NCBI GenBank assembly: GCA_937126915.1
Contig: CAKZLM010000017.1
Location: forward strand, 1,357 to 65,356
Origin: an uncultured Alphaproteobacteria bacterium
GTDB taxonomy: Bacteria > Pseudomonadota > Alphaproteobacteria > Sphingomonadales > SMXR01
Direction of reading: 5' to 3'
DNA: 64,000 bases
A program made the translations under genes and the position numbers. The notes beneath the pieces were generated by a model. That model was not told where the DNA came from. It searched no databases and worked only from the letters and a program-made list of their open reading frames with translations. Shown piece after piece: positions 9,835 to 18,232 of the stretch (positions are counted from its first letter, which is position 1; the number at the start of each line of letters is the position of its first letter).

Positions 9835-12800
9835 CTATCGCATCATCAGAGTCACATCTAATTCGTTTAAACGGTCAAGGACTTGATGGTACTGGTCAAC
9901 ATTTTTTGACCAAACAGAGGCCGAATACCCCGCATATTTAAGCGTTTGCAGCAATATTTCACGGGCCTCTTGGGTGGCGCGCATGCTGGCATTTCTTCGC
10001 CCACGACTTTCTTGGATACCGCCTAAACGCATGGTTAGGGTGGCTAATTCCATGCCCACATCGATAACCCCAGGGCGCTGCTCCATCTTGCGCATCAATT
10101 CTTTACCTGCCTCAATAGATTTTTCAAAAAAGTCGATAGCTTCCATGGTGCGACCCGCACGTTCATGCAGCATCGCGGCACGGCGATAAAAATCTATCCG
10201 GGCCGGATCATCATATTTCCATGCCGTTGGCGCCGCGGCTTCTGGCATAATATCTAAGATGGCTAGCGCTGTTTCAATTGCCTGCAACTCCATATCAGGA
10301 CGGCTGCTGCGTTGGTATAAATTAGCGGTAATACGCCATGTATGATAATAATCACGATAGGTTCTGACCTGTGCATCAAGGAACATCATGCGTGATTGGC
10401 GACCAAGGGTTTCTTCACCCAGCGCTTCATCTAATTCCGTAATACGCGCCTTAAAAAAGTCTCGGGCAGATTGATACTGCTCTAACGCTTGATCATACAT
10501 GCCTTGCTGGGATGAAATACCCCCCATCATGCGCCAAGCCAAGCCATGCATATGACCAAAGCGCCCTTTAAGGCCATTGCGGTCTTCTGTTTCTTTGAGC
10601 GTAATAAACGCTTTTTTGACCTGCTCATCGGCACGATCAATAGCACCCGATGTTAACAAGGCCTCAGCCATGGTTAAATAAGCTTCCAGCTCTAATTCCC
10701 AAACCTGAAAATCGCCTTCTGTGCGGTTTGGCAATGATGGCAATTCATAAAGGGCGTTTTGCGCCAAATCGGTAGCTTTTGACAGATCACCGCCAGCAAT
10801 TTGTAAGCGGCTTGCATTCAAGAAACCGCGCGCGGCCATCGGGCCATATTCTGCGACTTTTGCCTGCACCGCATCGACACTGTTATCAGGGGCCACATCA
10901 CCAACCACCTTGATCAGTTGATTTAGCTTCCATGCCGACTTTTCATAGTTTTCAGCAGCCGCAGCTATATCGCCCTCAAGTTCTTGTTGTTGCGCTAGTG
11001 TGAAACGCACATTGGCATCAAGTTCTAACCATTCTAGCGAGGCATCATCCCGTTCGCTAATAGGCTCTAAAATAGCCAAAGCATTATCCAATGATTGTCG
11101 GGCATTGGCATTGGGAATACCGCTTTGCACCTGCGCCATACGATGCCAAACCTGACCCTGACGACGCAACCACAAACGATCATCCGCGTTGCCAACCAAA
11201 TAACTTTTGGTGATCGACAACATTTCATCCAAACTGGCCAAAGCCCGCACAGGCGGTTGATAATGATTAACCTTACTCAGGGCTAAATAAATCAGTTCTT
11301 GCAGGTTTTTTTCATCATTTGGCTGGGCCGTTAATTGACGTAACGATTGCAGGGCAGCGTTATATTGCTCTTGCGCTAAATTACGATTATTCATTGCTGC
11401 AAAAACATCATCGGCGGTCATTTCAGCTTCGGCAAACTGTCGCTTACCACCGACACTGGATTCAGGCATGCCTCGCCACGATTGCTGCGCCGCGCGTTTG
11501 GCCTGATCGATGGCGCTTAAAGCATCATCATATTGGCCCAGCAATAAATAACTTTGGGCCTGACCATTCCATGCACGGGAAAAATAACGCAACCAATCCA
11601 AACCCTTTTGGCTTTCTTCTGCATTGGATACTTGACGATCAGCAAAATTTAACGCCTTTTTATAGGTTTCTAGAGAACCGATTAAATCGCTTTTTAAAAT
11701 GCGCACATTGGCCAATTGATAAAGCGCTTCAAAATAGGCTTTAGCCATATCTTCACGACTGGCCAAGTCAGATGTTTCAGCCACATTAATGGCAATCATG
11801 TTGCGCTTTTCAGCCTCATTATACTGCCCAAGTGAGGCAAAATAACGTGAAAAGGACGTAAGCTGCTGAACCCGTTTCACGGCAAGGTCATCAGACAGCC
11901 CCGCTTCAAGCGACATATCATGATAGCGTTGATCGGCGGTGGATAAAATATCACTAACCACCTGCACCGGCACACCATAACGATCACGCATCGCCATGGA
12001 TTGATCCATTAAATGATCAGACAAATTGACGGCGGTGGTTAGGCGCTCTTCAGATGTGTTGCCATAATAATAAGACAAACCACCCCAAACCAAAGATACC
12101 AGCGCAACACTGGCCGCTGCAGTGGTTGTCCAAAGGGCAATTTTTAGGCGTGAATAAGTTGCAAAAATCTCACGCGATTTTACCAAGTCAATATCTAGAC
12201 CCGTTACATAGGCTATAATTTCAAGGGATTCTGCAGCATAATTATCCGCGGTTTGTCGCGCTTCAATTACAGGAACACGTCTACGGCGAAGGGCCGGTGG
12301 CATCAGGTCTTTTTCTTCGGCCTCACGCTCCATCCCTGTCAGCAAAACATAAATTCGCCGCGCTGATCCATGTTTGATGAAATATTTCACTTCTTCATTA
12401 ACGGTGGGTGAGTTGGCGCCATCTAAAGAGCCTAAAACCACCAAAGCAGAGGCATTACGCAGTGCCTTTTTTGCCTTGTCAGACAAAACCGCATCAGCAC
12501 TATAATCATTTGCATCGCAATAAATGCGGCCAATTTTCTCTTTTAATGGACCAAGAGGAGAGCGAATTCCAGCCAAATGGGTAGGTACACGATAGCCCTC
12601 CATACGCTTTTGCAGCCAACTGGCAATGGTTGCATCTCTTTGGGCAAAGCTTATGTAGGCGGCATAGTCATAGTTACGTTGATGGGTATTACGTTCTTTT
12701 TCATTGCCAGCGCGGCCACCTTCTTTGGTCTTTTCTTTAGAATGAACCTTAGGACTATCTTTAGCTTTGACTTTGGCTTTAGCCTTAGCGGGTGTTTCAG

Positions 12801-12972
12801 CCGTTTCGTCTAAAGCTGACTTTGGCGCGTCAGATGCCTGATTAAGGTCAAACTTGTTGGTCTCTTCACCAAAAAGATCATCCTCTGCCTTAGAGGCAGA
12901 AGCGCCTTCATTTAAAATAATCTTCTTCTTACTGGTTTGTGAGCCCTTTTTAGGATCGCCCTTATCAACCAT
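9835..12972 (-). CDS. TIR-domain / single-TM / TPR-repeat protein (about 1045 aa)
   Basis: The start is set at the internal ATG 12972 (MVDKGDPKK), preceded by GGGAGAGAG. Domains, in order: a Lys/Ala-rich N-terminus; a TIR-like segment at about nt 12334-12672 (YDYAAYISFAQRD...ASALVVLGS...SPTVNEEVKYF); one hydrophobic helix at about nt 12064-12147 (IALWTTTAAASVALVSLVWGGLSYYY); and about 740 aa of TPR-like repeats. Confidence 0.75.
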   Translation of the reverse strand: MVDKGDPKKGSQTSKKKIILNEGASASKAEDDLFGEETNKFDLNQASDAPKSALDETAETPAKAKAKVKAKDSPKVHSKEKTKEGGRAGNEKERNTHQRNYDYAAYISFAQRDATIASWLQKRMEGYRVPTHLAGIRSPLGPLKEKIGRIYCDANDYSADAVLSDKAKKALRNASALVVLGSLDGANSPTVNEEVKYFIKHGSARRIYVLLTGMEREAEEKDLMPPALRRRRVPVIEARQTADNYAAESLEIIAYVTGLDIDLVKSREIFATYSRLKIALWTTTAAASVALVSLVWGGLSYYYGNTSEERLTTAVNLSDHLMDQSMAMRDRYGVPVQVVSDILSTADQRYHDMSLEAGLSDDLAVKRVQQLTSFSRYFASLGQYNEAEKRNMIAINVAETSDLASREDMAKAYFEALYQLANVRILKSDLIGSLETYKKALNFADRQVSNAEESQKGLDWLRYFSRAWNGQAQSYLLLGQYDDALSAIDQAKRAAQQSWRGMPESSVGGKRQFAEAEMTADDVFAAMNNRNLAQEQYNAALQSLRQLTAQPNDEKNLQELIYLALSKVNHYQPPVRALASLDEMLSITKSYLVGNADDRLWLRRQGQVWHRMAQVQSGIPNANARQSLDNALAILEPISERDDASLEWLELDANVRFTLAQQQELEGDIAAAAENYEKSAWKLNQLIKVVGDVAPDNSVDAVQAKVAEYGPMAARGFLNASRLQIAGGDLSKATDLAQNALYELPSLPNRTEGDFQVWELELEAYLTMAEALLTSGAIDRADEQVKKAFITLKETEDRNGLKGRFGHMHGLAWRMMGGISSQQGMYDQALEQYQSARDFFKARITELDEALGEETLGRQSRMMFLDAQVRTYRDYYHTWRITANLYQRSSRPDMELQAIETALAILDIMPEAAAPTAWKYDDPARIDFYRRAAMLHERAGRTMEAIDFFEKSIEAGKELMRKMEQRPGVIDVGMELATLTMRLGGIQESRGRRNASMRATQEAREILLQTLKYAGYSASVWSKNVDQYHQVLDRLNELDVTLMMR

Positions 12973-13207
12973 ATGCTCTCTCCCACATGTCACAATCCAT
13001 GATGCGTCCTTCAAAATGAAAGGTTCTAATGACGCACATTGATCCCAACACCAACGCAATTGTTGGGCCAATTATAGCCTTAGCAACTGATAAAACATAG
13101 GAAATTATATCACACATGGCCTAAGAAAGGGGCCAATCTGTGACATATTTGCACTTTTTGAATCGCATAGAGCGAGCAATACAATAGTTTGAATCGGATA
13201 GGACGAT

Positions 13208-13744
13208 TTACGCGTCAGTTCTGCCGGGTTTGCGAAAATATGGCAACGGCATGACATCGATGCCTTCTTCGATAAGCGCCTCAGTGTCTTCGATGCTGCT
13301 TTCGCCATAAATACCACGCTCACTGGTTTCACCATAATGAATTTTGCGGGCTTCTTCGGCAAAGTTTTCACCAACATATTCGCAGTTTTCTTCAACGTGC
13401 TTTTGAACCTTTGTCATCACACGTTCCATTTCTTCCTGCAATTGCTCTGGCAACTCAGGCATACCGCTTACTGCTGATGCCTGCTCAATGTCCAACGGTG
13501 TTGCAGACATAAATTCATTCATCTGAAACGATGTTTTTTCAACAAATTGTGATGAGGCCGCAGAAGACTTTTGATTGCCTTTAGCTGCAACATTAGGAGC
13601 CATAACAGCTTTACCAACATGGGTGCTGCCGCAAATGGGGCACTCAACCTCATGATGCTTAACCTGAGTATCATAATCCTCAGACGACCGGAACCAGACC
13701 TCAAAGACATGGCCAGTGTTACATTTTAAATCAAAAACAATCAT
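13208..13744 (-). CDS. DUF1178-family zinc-ribbon protein
   Basis: The N-terminus MIVFDLKCNTGHVFEVWF...ECPICGS is typical of DUF1178. The start is moved to the internal Met at 13744 because the ORF-track start (13795) overlaps the upstream gene. Confidence 0.75.
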   Translation of the reverse strand: MIVFDLKCNTGHVFEVWFRSSEDYDTQVKHHEVECPICGSTHVGKAVMAPNVAAKGNQKSSAASSQFVEKTSFQMNEFMSATPLDIEQASAVSGMPELPEQLQEEMERVMTKVQKHVEENCEYVGENFAEEARKIHYGETSERGIYGESSIEDTEALIEEGIDVMPLPYFRKPGRTDA

Positions 13745-13784
13745 TGATGAAACTTCTTTAAAATCTTCATAAAAGCTATACGCT

Positions 13785-14660
13785 TTAACCATCAATCTGG
13801 TTTAGAACCAGCGCCCTATCGTGTTGTAGGGATGGTATATTTTGTCGTGCTGTATCAACATTATTTAACGAAATGTCAAGCGTTAAATGGCCGACAGCGG
13901 TTTCCATATCCGCTAAAACACGCCCCCAAGGATCAATGATCAAACTATGCCCAAAGGTCTTTCGGCCATCTTCATGATGGCCTGATTGCGCGGCGGCAAC
14001 AATATAACAACCACATTCAATGGCACGGGCTTTTAATAAGGCGTGCCAGTGCGCCTCACCCGTTTTCTGGGTAAAAGCTGCTGGCACAAAGATTACCTCA
14101 GCCCCCGCTTGTGCTAGGGTACGATATAAATAGGGGAAGCGCACATCATAACAAATGCTCAACCCCAGCTTAGCCAAGGGACTGTTTACCAATATGGCCT
14201 GATCGCCTGCTTGATAGCTACGCGATTCACGATAGCTTTCACCATTGGCAAGATCGACATCAAACATATGCGCCTTATCATAGCGAGCAACTATGTCACC
14301 CACTGAATTAATCATAAAGCTACGATTAGCAATCTTGCCACTTTCAAGCTTAATGGGCATCGAGCCAATTGCTAACCAACAGTTTAATTTCGAGGCCAGA
14401 TTGCGATAAGACGCAAGACTTGGATCGTCCTGTTCAAGGTGTAAGTGTTCTGCCATGCGCTTGGTCTTTAGATCAAGCATATTGGTCATTTCAGGGGTGG
14501 CGATAATCTCAGCCCCTTCTTTGGCAGCCTGTGAAATGAGCGCTGTGCTGGTTGCCATATTCACAACAGGGTCAATGCCAGAACACATCTGCACAAGACC
14601 AACCCTTAACGATCGTTTAGCTTGATCAGATGTATCGGATATGCCTTTTTCATCAACCAT
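13785..14660 (-). CDS. Carbon-nitrogen hydrolase family amidohydrolase (Nit/omega-amidase-like)
   Basis: 291-aa ORF with Glu-Lys-Cys triad contexts (ATPEMT, YDKAHMFD, LSICYDVRFP). It lies in the conserved comF-grxC-nit-DUF1178 arrangement. Confidence 0.85.
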   Translation of the reverse strand: MVDEKGISDTSDQAKRSLRVGLVQMCSGIDPVVNMATSTALISQAAKEGAEIIATPEMTNMLDLKTKRMAEHLHLEQDDPSLASYRNLASKLNCWLAIGSMPIKLESGKIANRSFMINSVGDIVARYDKAHMFDVDLANGESYRESRSYQAGDQAILVNSPLAKLGLSICYDVRFPYLYRTLAQAGAEVIFVPAAFTQKTGEAHWHALLKARAIECGCYIVAAAQSGHHEDGRKTFGHSLIIDPWGRVLADMETAVGHLTLDISLNNVDTARQNIPSLQHDRALVLNQIDG

Positions 14661-14920
14661 TAAGACGCCAACATCCCATCAAGCTTACCAGTCCGTTCAA
14701 GGGCATAAAGGTCATCACAGCCACCGACATGATGGTCACCAATGAAAATTTGTGGAACGGTATAGCCACCATTGGCCTTGTCCACCATTTCACGGCGCAA
14801 CTTGGGATCCATACCAACATCAATTTCACGATAAGCGATACTTTTGCTTTCCAATAGGCTTTTCGCACGGTGGCAAAAAGGGCACATCATGGTGCTATAA
14901 ATTACAACAGGTTTTGTCAT
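14660..14920 (-). CDS. grxC: Glutaredoxin 3
   Basis: 86-aa ORF with the CPFC active site and TVPQIFI / GGCDDL motifs. Confidence 0.92.
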   Translation of the reverse strand: MTKPVVIYSTMMCPFCHRAKSLLESKSIAYREIDVGMDPKLRREMVDKANGGYTVPQIFIGDHHVGGCDDLYALERTGKLDGMLAS

Positions 14921-14999
14921 TTTCTTTTTATCTCTAGCTTAAAAACAGCCTTAAAACAGTGATGGGTATCTTCGACCCATTTTCCCCTAATATAAGCGA

Positions 15000-15737
15000 T
15001 TATGACGAATTAACAACCCTTGCCAACGACACTGCATAGACCTTTACGACCCCTGCTTTCTTTAGAGCTTTTGCACAAGCGTTAAGGGTGGCGCCGGTCG
15101 TCATTACATCATCCACCAAAAGTATGGTCTTGCCCTTAACCCCTACTTTACCCTTTTCATTTATTGAAAAAGCCGACTTAACATTTTTTTGTCGTTGGCG
15201 GGCGCCAAGACCAAATTGACTGCGCGTTGGTTTGTGCCTTTTTAAGCTGGTGGCATCAACCTCAAGGCCCGTCACCTTACCAACCGCATGAGCCATTTCA
15301 GCGGCTTGATTAAAGCGTCGTTTAAAAAGTCGCCGCCAATGCAGGGGCACTGGCATAATGATATCAATTTCATCTTGCCAAATTTTGGCAGCCCCCCACA
15401 ACCAATTGGCAAAAGCAGGCACCCCTTCATGTCGATCGCCATGCTTGAACGACAAGATCATTTTTTTGCTATGATCATCATAAAGAAAAACCGCACGGGC
15501 TTGGTCAAAGGCGTTCTTGGTTAAGGCGCAATCACCGCAGATAAGGCCAGCCGCGCCTTCTTCTTGGTTTGAGACATAATCAAATGGCACACCACAACAG
15601 GTGCATAAAGGGTGACTGATAAAATCAATTTTTGACCAACAAGCCACGCATTGTCCGCCATGGTCTTGCACATCTTCGCCACATGCAAAACAACGCGGCG
15701 GCAACAGCATATCCAAAATTTTAGCCACAACAACCAT
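15000..15737 (-). CDS. comF: ComF-family phosphoribosyltransferase-domain protein
   Basis: N-terminal Cys-rich zinc finger (CFACG...CVACW...CTCCG...CGDC) and a C-terminal PRTase motif (ILLVDDVMTTGATL). Confidence 0.8.
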   Translation of the reverse strand: MVVVAKILDMLLPPRCFACGEDVQDHGGQCVACWSKIDFISHPLCTCCGVPFDYVSNQEEGAAGLICGDCALTKNAFDQARAVFLYDDHSKKMILSFKHGDRHEGVPAFANWLWGAAKIWQDEIDIIMPVPLHWRRLFKRRFNQAAEMAHAVGKVTGLEVDATSLKRHKPTRSQFGLGARQRQKNVKSAFSINEKGKVGVKGKTILLVDDVMTTGATLNACAKALKKAGVVKVYAVSLARVVNSS

Positions 15738-15827
15738 CAGGAAATACTTTCAAAAGATAAACAACAACAATAATTGCATAAATGCCCGCTTCATGCCATA
15801 GAAGATCACCGATAAAGGAAGCCCGTT

Positions 15828-16718
15828 ATGTCGCAAGATGATATCGAAATTTTTGATCGCAAACTAGTAAGGCAACGCCGCAATCGTTCTGCCGCCCTAT
15901 GGCAGGATCATAATTTTTTGCATGCCGAAATTGCCGACCGCACCGCTGATAGAGTGCATGACATCAATCGCCAATTTGACCGCGCCCTTCATATGGGTGC
16001 CCATGCACAAGGCATTGCAGACTGCCTACCAAATATTGATTTTATTCACACCAACTTGTCTGAGAAACGATTGCACGCGCTAGATGGATCAAGGGTTGTT
16101 TGTGATGATGAATTGCTGGCCTTTGATGATGAAAGCTTTGACTTGGTCATCTCAAACCTTTCCTTACACAGCGTAAATGACCTGCCCGGCGCCTTGATCC
16201 AGATTAGACGTATTTTAAAGCCCGATGGTCTTTTCCTTGCCAGCATGTTTGGCGGCGATACCCTGCACGAATTTCGCCAAGCCATGATGAAAGCAGAACT
16301 AGACACCCTTCAAGGCAGCAGCCCGCGCGTGGCACCAACCGCCGATGTGCGTGATATGGGATCTTTGTTGCAGCGCGCTGGCTTTGTGATGCCTGTCACC
16401 GACATTGACACTATCACGGTTAGTTATGACAACCCCTTTAAACTTATGCATGACTTGCGTGGCATGGGCGAAAGCAATGTGGTGAATAAGCGTCTAAAAC
16501 GCCCCACCAAACGCAGCACCTTTATGCGCATGGCAGAAATTTATGCCAAAGATCATGCCGACGCTGATGGCCGCATACCCGCCACGTTTCAGGTGATTTA
16601 TTTATCTGGCTGGTCACCAGGGCCCAATCAACCTGTTCCCAAACGCCCCGGCAGCGCTACCAAAAGCCTTGCTGAGGCCCTAGGCACCACCGAACAAAAA
16701 ACCGGCGACAAAGTTTAA
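15828..16718 (+). CDS. Class I SAM-dependent methyltransferase
   Basis: 296-aa ORF with a methyltransferase-fold core (FDLVISNLSLHSVNDLPG, LKPDGLFLASMFG). It is divergent from comF, as in many alphaproteobacteria. Confidence 0.7.
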   Translation: MSQDDIEIFDRKLVRQRRNRSAALWQDHNFLHAEIADRTADRVHDINRQFDRALHMGAHAQGIADCLPNIDFIHTNLSEKRLHALDGSRVVCDDELLAFDDESFDLVISNLSLHSVNDLPGALIQIRRILKPDGLFLASMFGGDTLHEFRQAMMKAELDTLQGSSPRVAPTADVRDMGSLLQRAGFVMPVTDIDTITVSYDNPFKLMHDLRGMGESNVVNKRLKRPTKRSTFMRMAEIYAKDHADADGRIPATFQVIYLSGWSPGPNQPVPKRPGSATKSLAEALGTTEQKTGDKV

Positions 16719-17140
16719 GAAAACAGTTTCTCGATAATCGCGACCAAGGGGTCATCGGCGGGTGGCGTATCAAGCTCATGCAATTTTGAGACTGGAACCC
16801 ATTGAATGGCTTGCCCTTCCACCCCCTGAACCGTGCCCTGCCAGTTTTTACAAGCAAAAACAGGCATCAAAAGATGGAAATCATCATAACTGTGCGAGGC
16901 AAAGGTTAAGGCATCTAAGTCGCTAATTTGGGTGGTGATACCCAACTCCTCATGCAGTTCACGCACCAAGGCGGCTTCTGGGGTTTCGCCTGCCTCAACC
17001 TTGCCACCGGGAAACTCCCACAAGCCAGCCATCGACTTGCCCTCAGGGCGCTGAGCCATCAGGATGTTTTTTTGGTCATCCACTAAGGCCACCGCGGCCA
17101 CTAATACGATTTTTTTATCTGTGTTATTTGGGGTCAACAT
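16715..17140 (-). CDS. mutT: NUDIX hydrolase, MutT-type 8-oxo-dGTP diphosphatase
   Basis: 141-aa ORF with a complete Nudix box (GGKVEAGETPEAALVRELHEELGI). Confidence 0.85.
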   Translation of the reverse strand: MLTPNNTDKKIVLVAAVALVDDQKNILMAQRPEGKSMAGLWEFPGGKVEAGETPEAALVRELHEELGITTQISDLDALTFASHSYDDFHLLMPVFACKNWQGTVQGVEGQAIQWVPVSKLHELDTPPADDPLVAIIEKLFS

Positions 17141-17288
17141 AAAAGGTGCCTAATGTGCAAAGATAAATACAATTTTATCAATTCTTAAACAGATTGAAAT
17201 AAGTATGACCTAAACTGGCGCAAAGATAAAAAAAATGCAACTGGTTTGGAACAATCGCTCAAGTTATAGAGCAACAACAGGCACAATC

Positions 17289-17489
17289 ATGAAACAAATT
17301 TTGAAGCGATTCTCGTCCAATGTTAAGGGCATGTCGTCGGTCGAATATGGCCTTTTAATCTCTCTTGTGGCAATTGGGATTATTATCGCCCTTAGTCAAT
17401 TAGGGGCATCAACAAGCAGCATCATTCAATTGGCCACAGATGCCTTTGATAAAGCCGCTGCAGATACAAACGCATCAAGCCAGCAATAG
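17289..17489 (+). CDS. flp: Flp-family type IVb pilin
   Basis: The internal Met start gives MKQILKRFSSNVKG/MSSVEYGLLISLVAIGIII. This contains the Flp prepilin G/xxxxEYG cleavage motif followed by a hydrophobic helix. Confidence 0.8.
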   Translation: MKQILKRFSSNVKGMSSVEYGLLISLVAIGIIIALSQLGASTSSIIQLATDAFDKAAADTNASSQQ

Positions 17490-17527
17490 GTTAATATGCT
17501 GATTTAAGGTAATTTTGACGACAATCG

Positions 17528-17812
17528 TTACGCTGGCATAATGCGGTGTTCAACCGCCGCTGATCCAGCGTCAGCATGGTCTTTGCGCGTAATCAAACCA
17601 GATAGTTTATTATCACAACAGGGCGATGGCTTCTGGACAGGCTGGCCTTCAAGGATGGCCATCGCCTTTTGCGCGACCAACAATTCTTTTTTGATTTTGT
17701 GCAACTCAGCCAAGGCAGAATCATCCATACTGCCATAGCGATTAAGCGCATCGTCCAACGCATCATCCAATTGACTGAGAAACTCACTATGTTTTTTTAA
17801 ATCTTGTGCCAT
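17528..17812 (-). CDS. Hypothetical small acidic, coiled-coil-like protein
   Basis: ORF-only evidence. The start is either MESSM (17824) or MAQDL (17812). No recognisable motif. Confidence 0.4.
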   Translation of the reverse strand: MAQDLKKHSEFLSQLDDALDDALNRYGSMDDSALAELHKIKKELLVAQKAMAILEGQPVQKPSPCCDNKLSGLITRKDHADAGSAAVEHRIMPA

Positions 17813-18232
17813 TGAGCTTTCCAATTCGTTTGTACCCGAAAATCACACTAAAAGTGCTAAGAAAGTCTATACAACTATCGTGCCAGCCCCGACACAAGTC
17901 AATTAACACCCTGTTATTAAAAGACTATTTACACACCCACAGGTTCATAACTTTATCTTAACAACCACAGAAAGCTAATCGCCTTCTAGCAGTAGGAAAT
18001 TTTGTCCGCCACGATATTTAATGGGACGTAAAAAAAACCGCTCAATTTCCTTAAAAATGGCATGAAAGATTGACATTACCCGCCTTGATGCTTATCTCTC
18101 GCCTTAAGTTACAAGGAAACAAATTCCATTGGATGGGGGTATTGCTTTCACAAGGTGAAACAATGCTGGATGAAAAGAAAACTTTTCAGCCAAGTGCCCG
18201 TCTTGTTGAGTAGGCTAGAAAGAAGAAGATCA

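Noticed and set aside
13105-13395. 96-aa minus-strand ORF overlapping the 3' end of the DUF1178 gene
   Set aside because: It is out of frame and overlaps a conserved gene, and it has no RBS or motif.
18155-18232. ORF-track N-terminal extension of secA ([11 protein letters not shown]...)
   Set aside because: The canonical SecA N-terminus ([13 protein letters not shown]) starts at the internal Met at 18233. The extension has no SecA counterpart.
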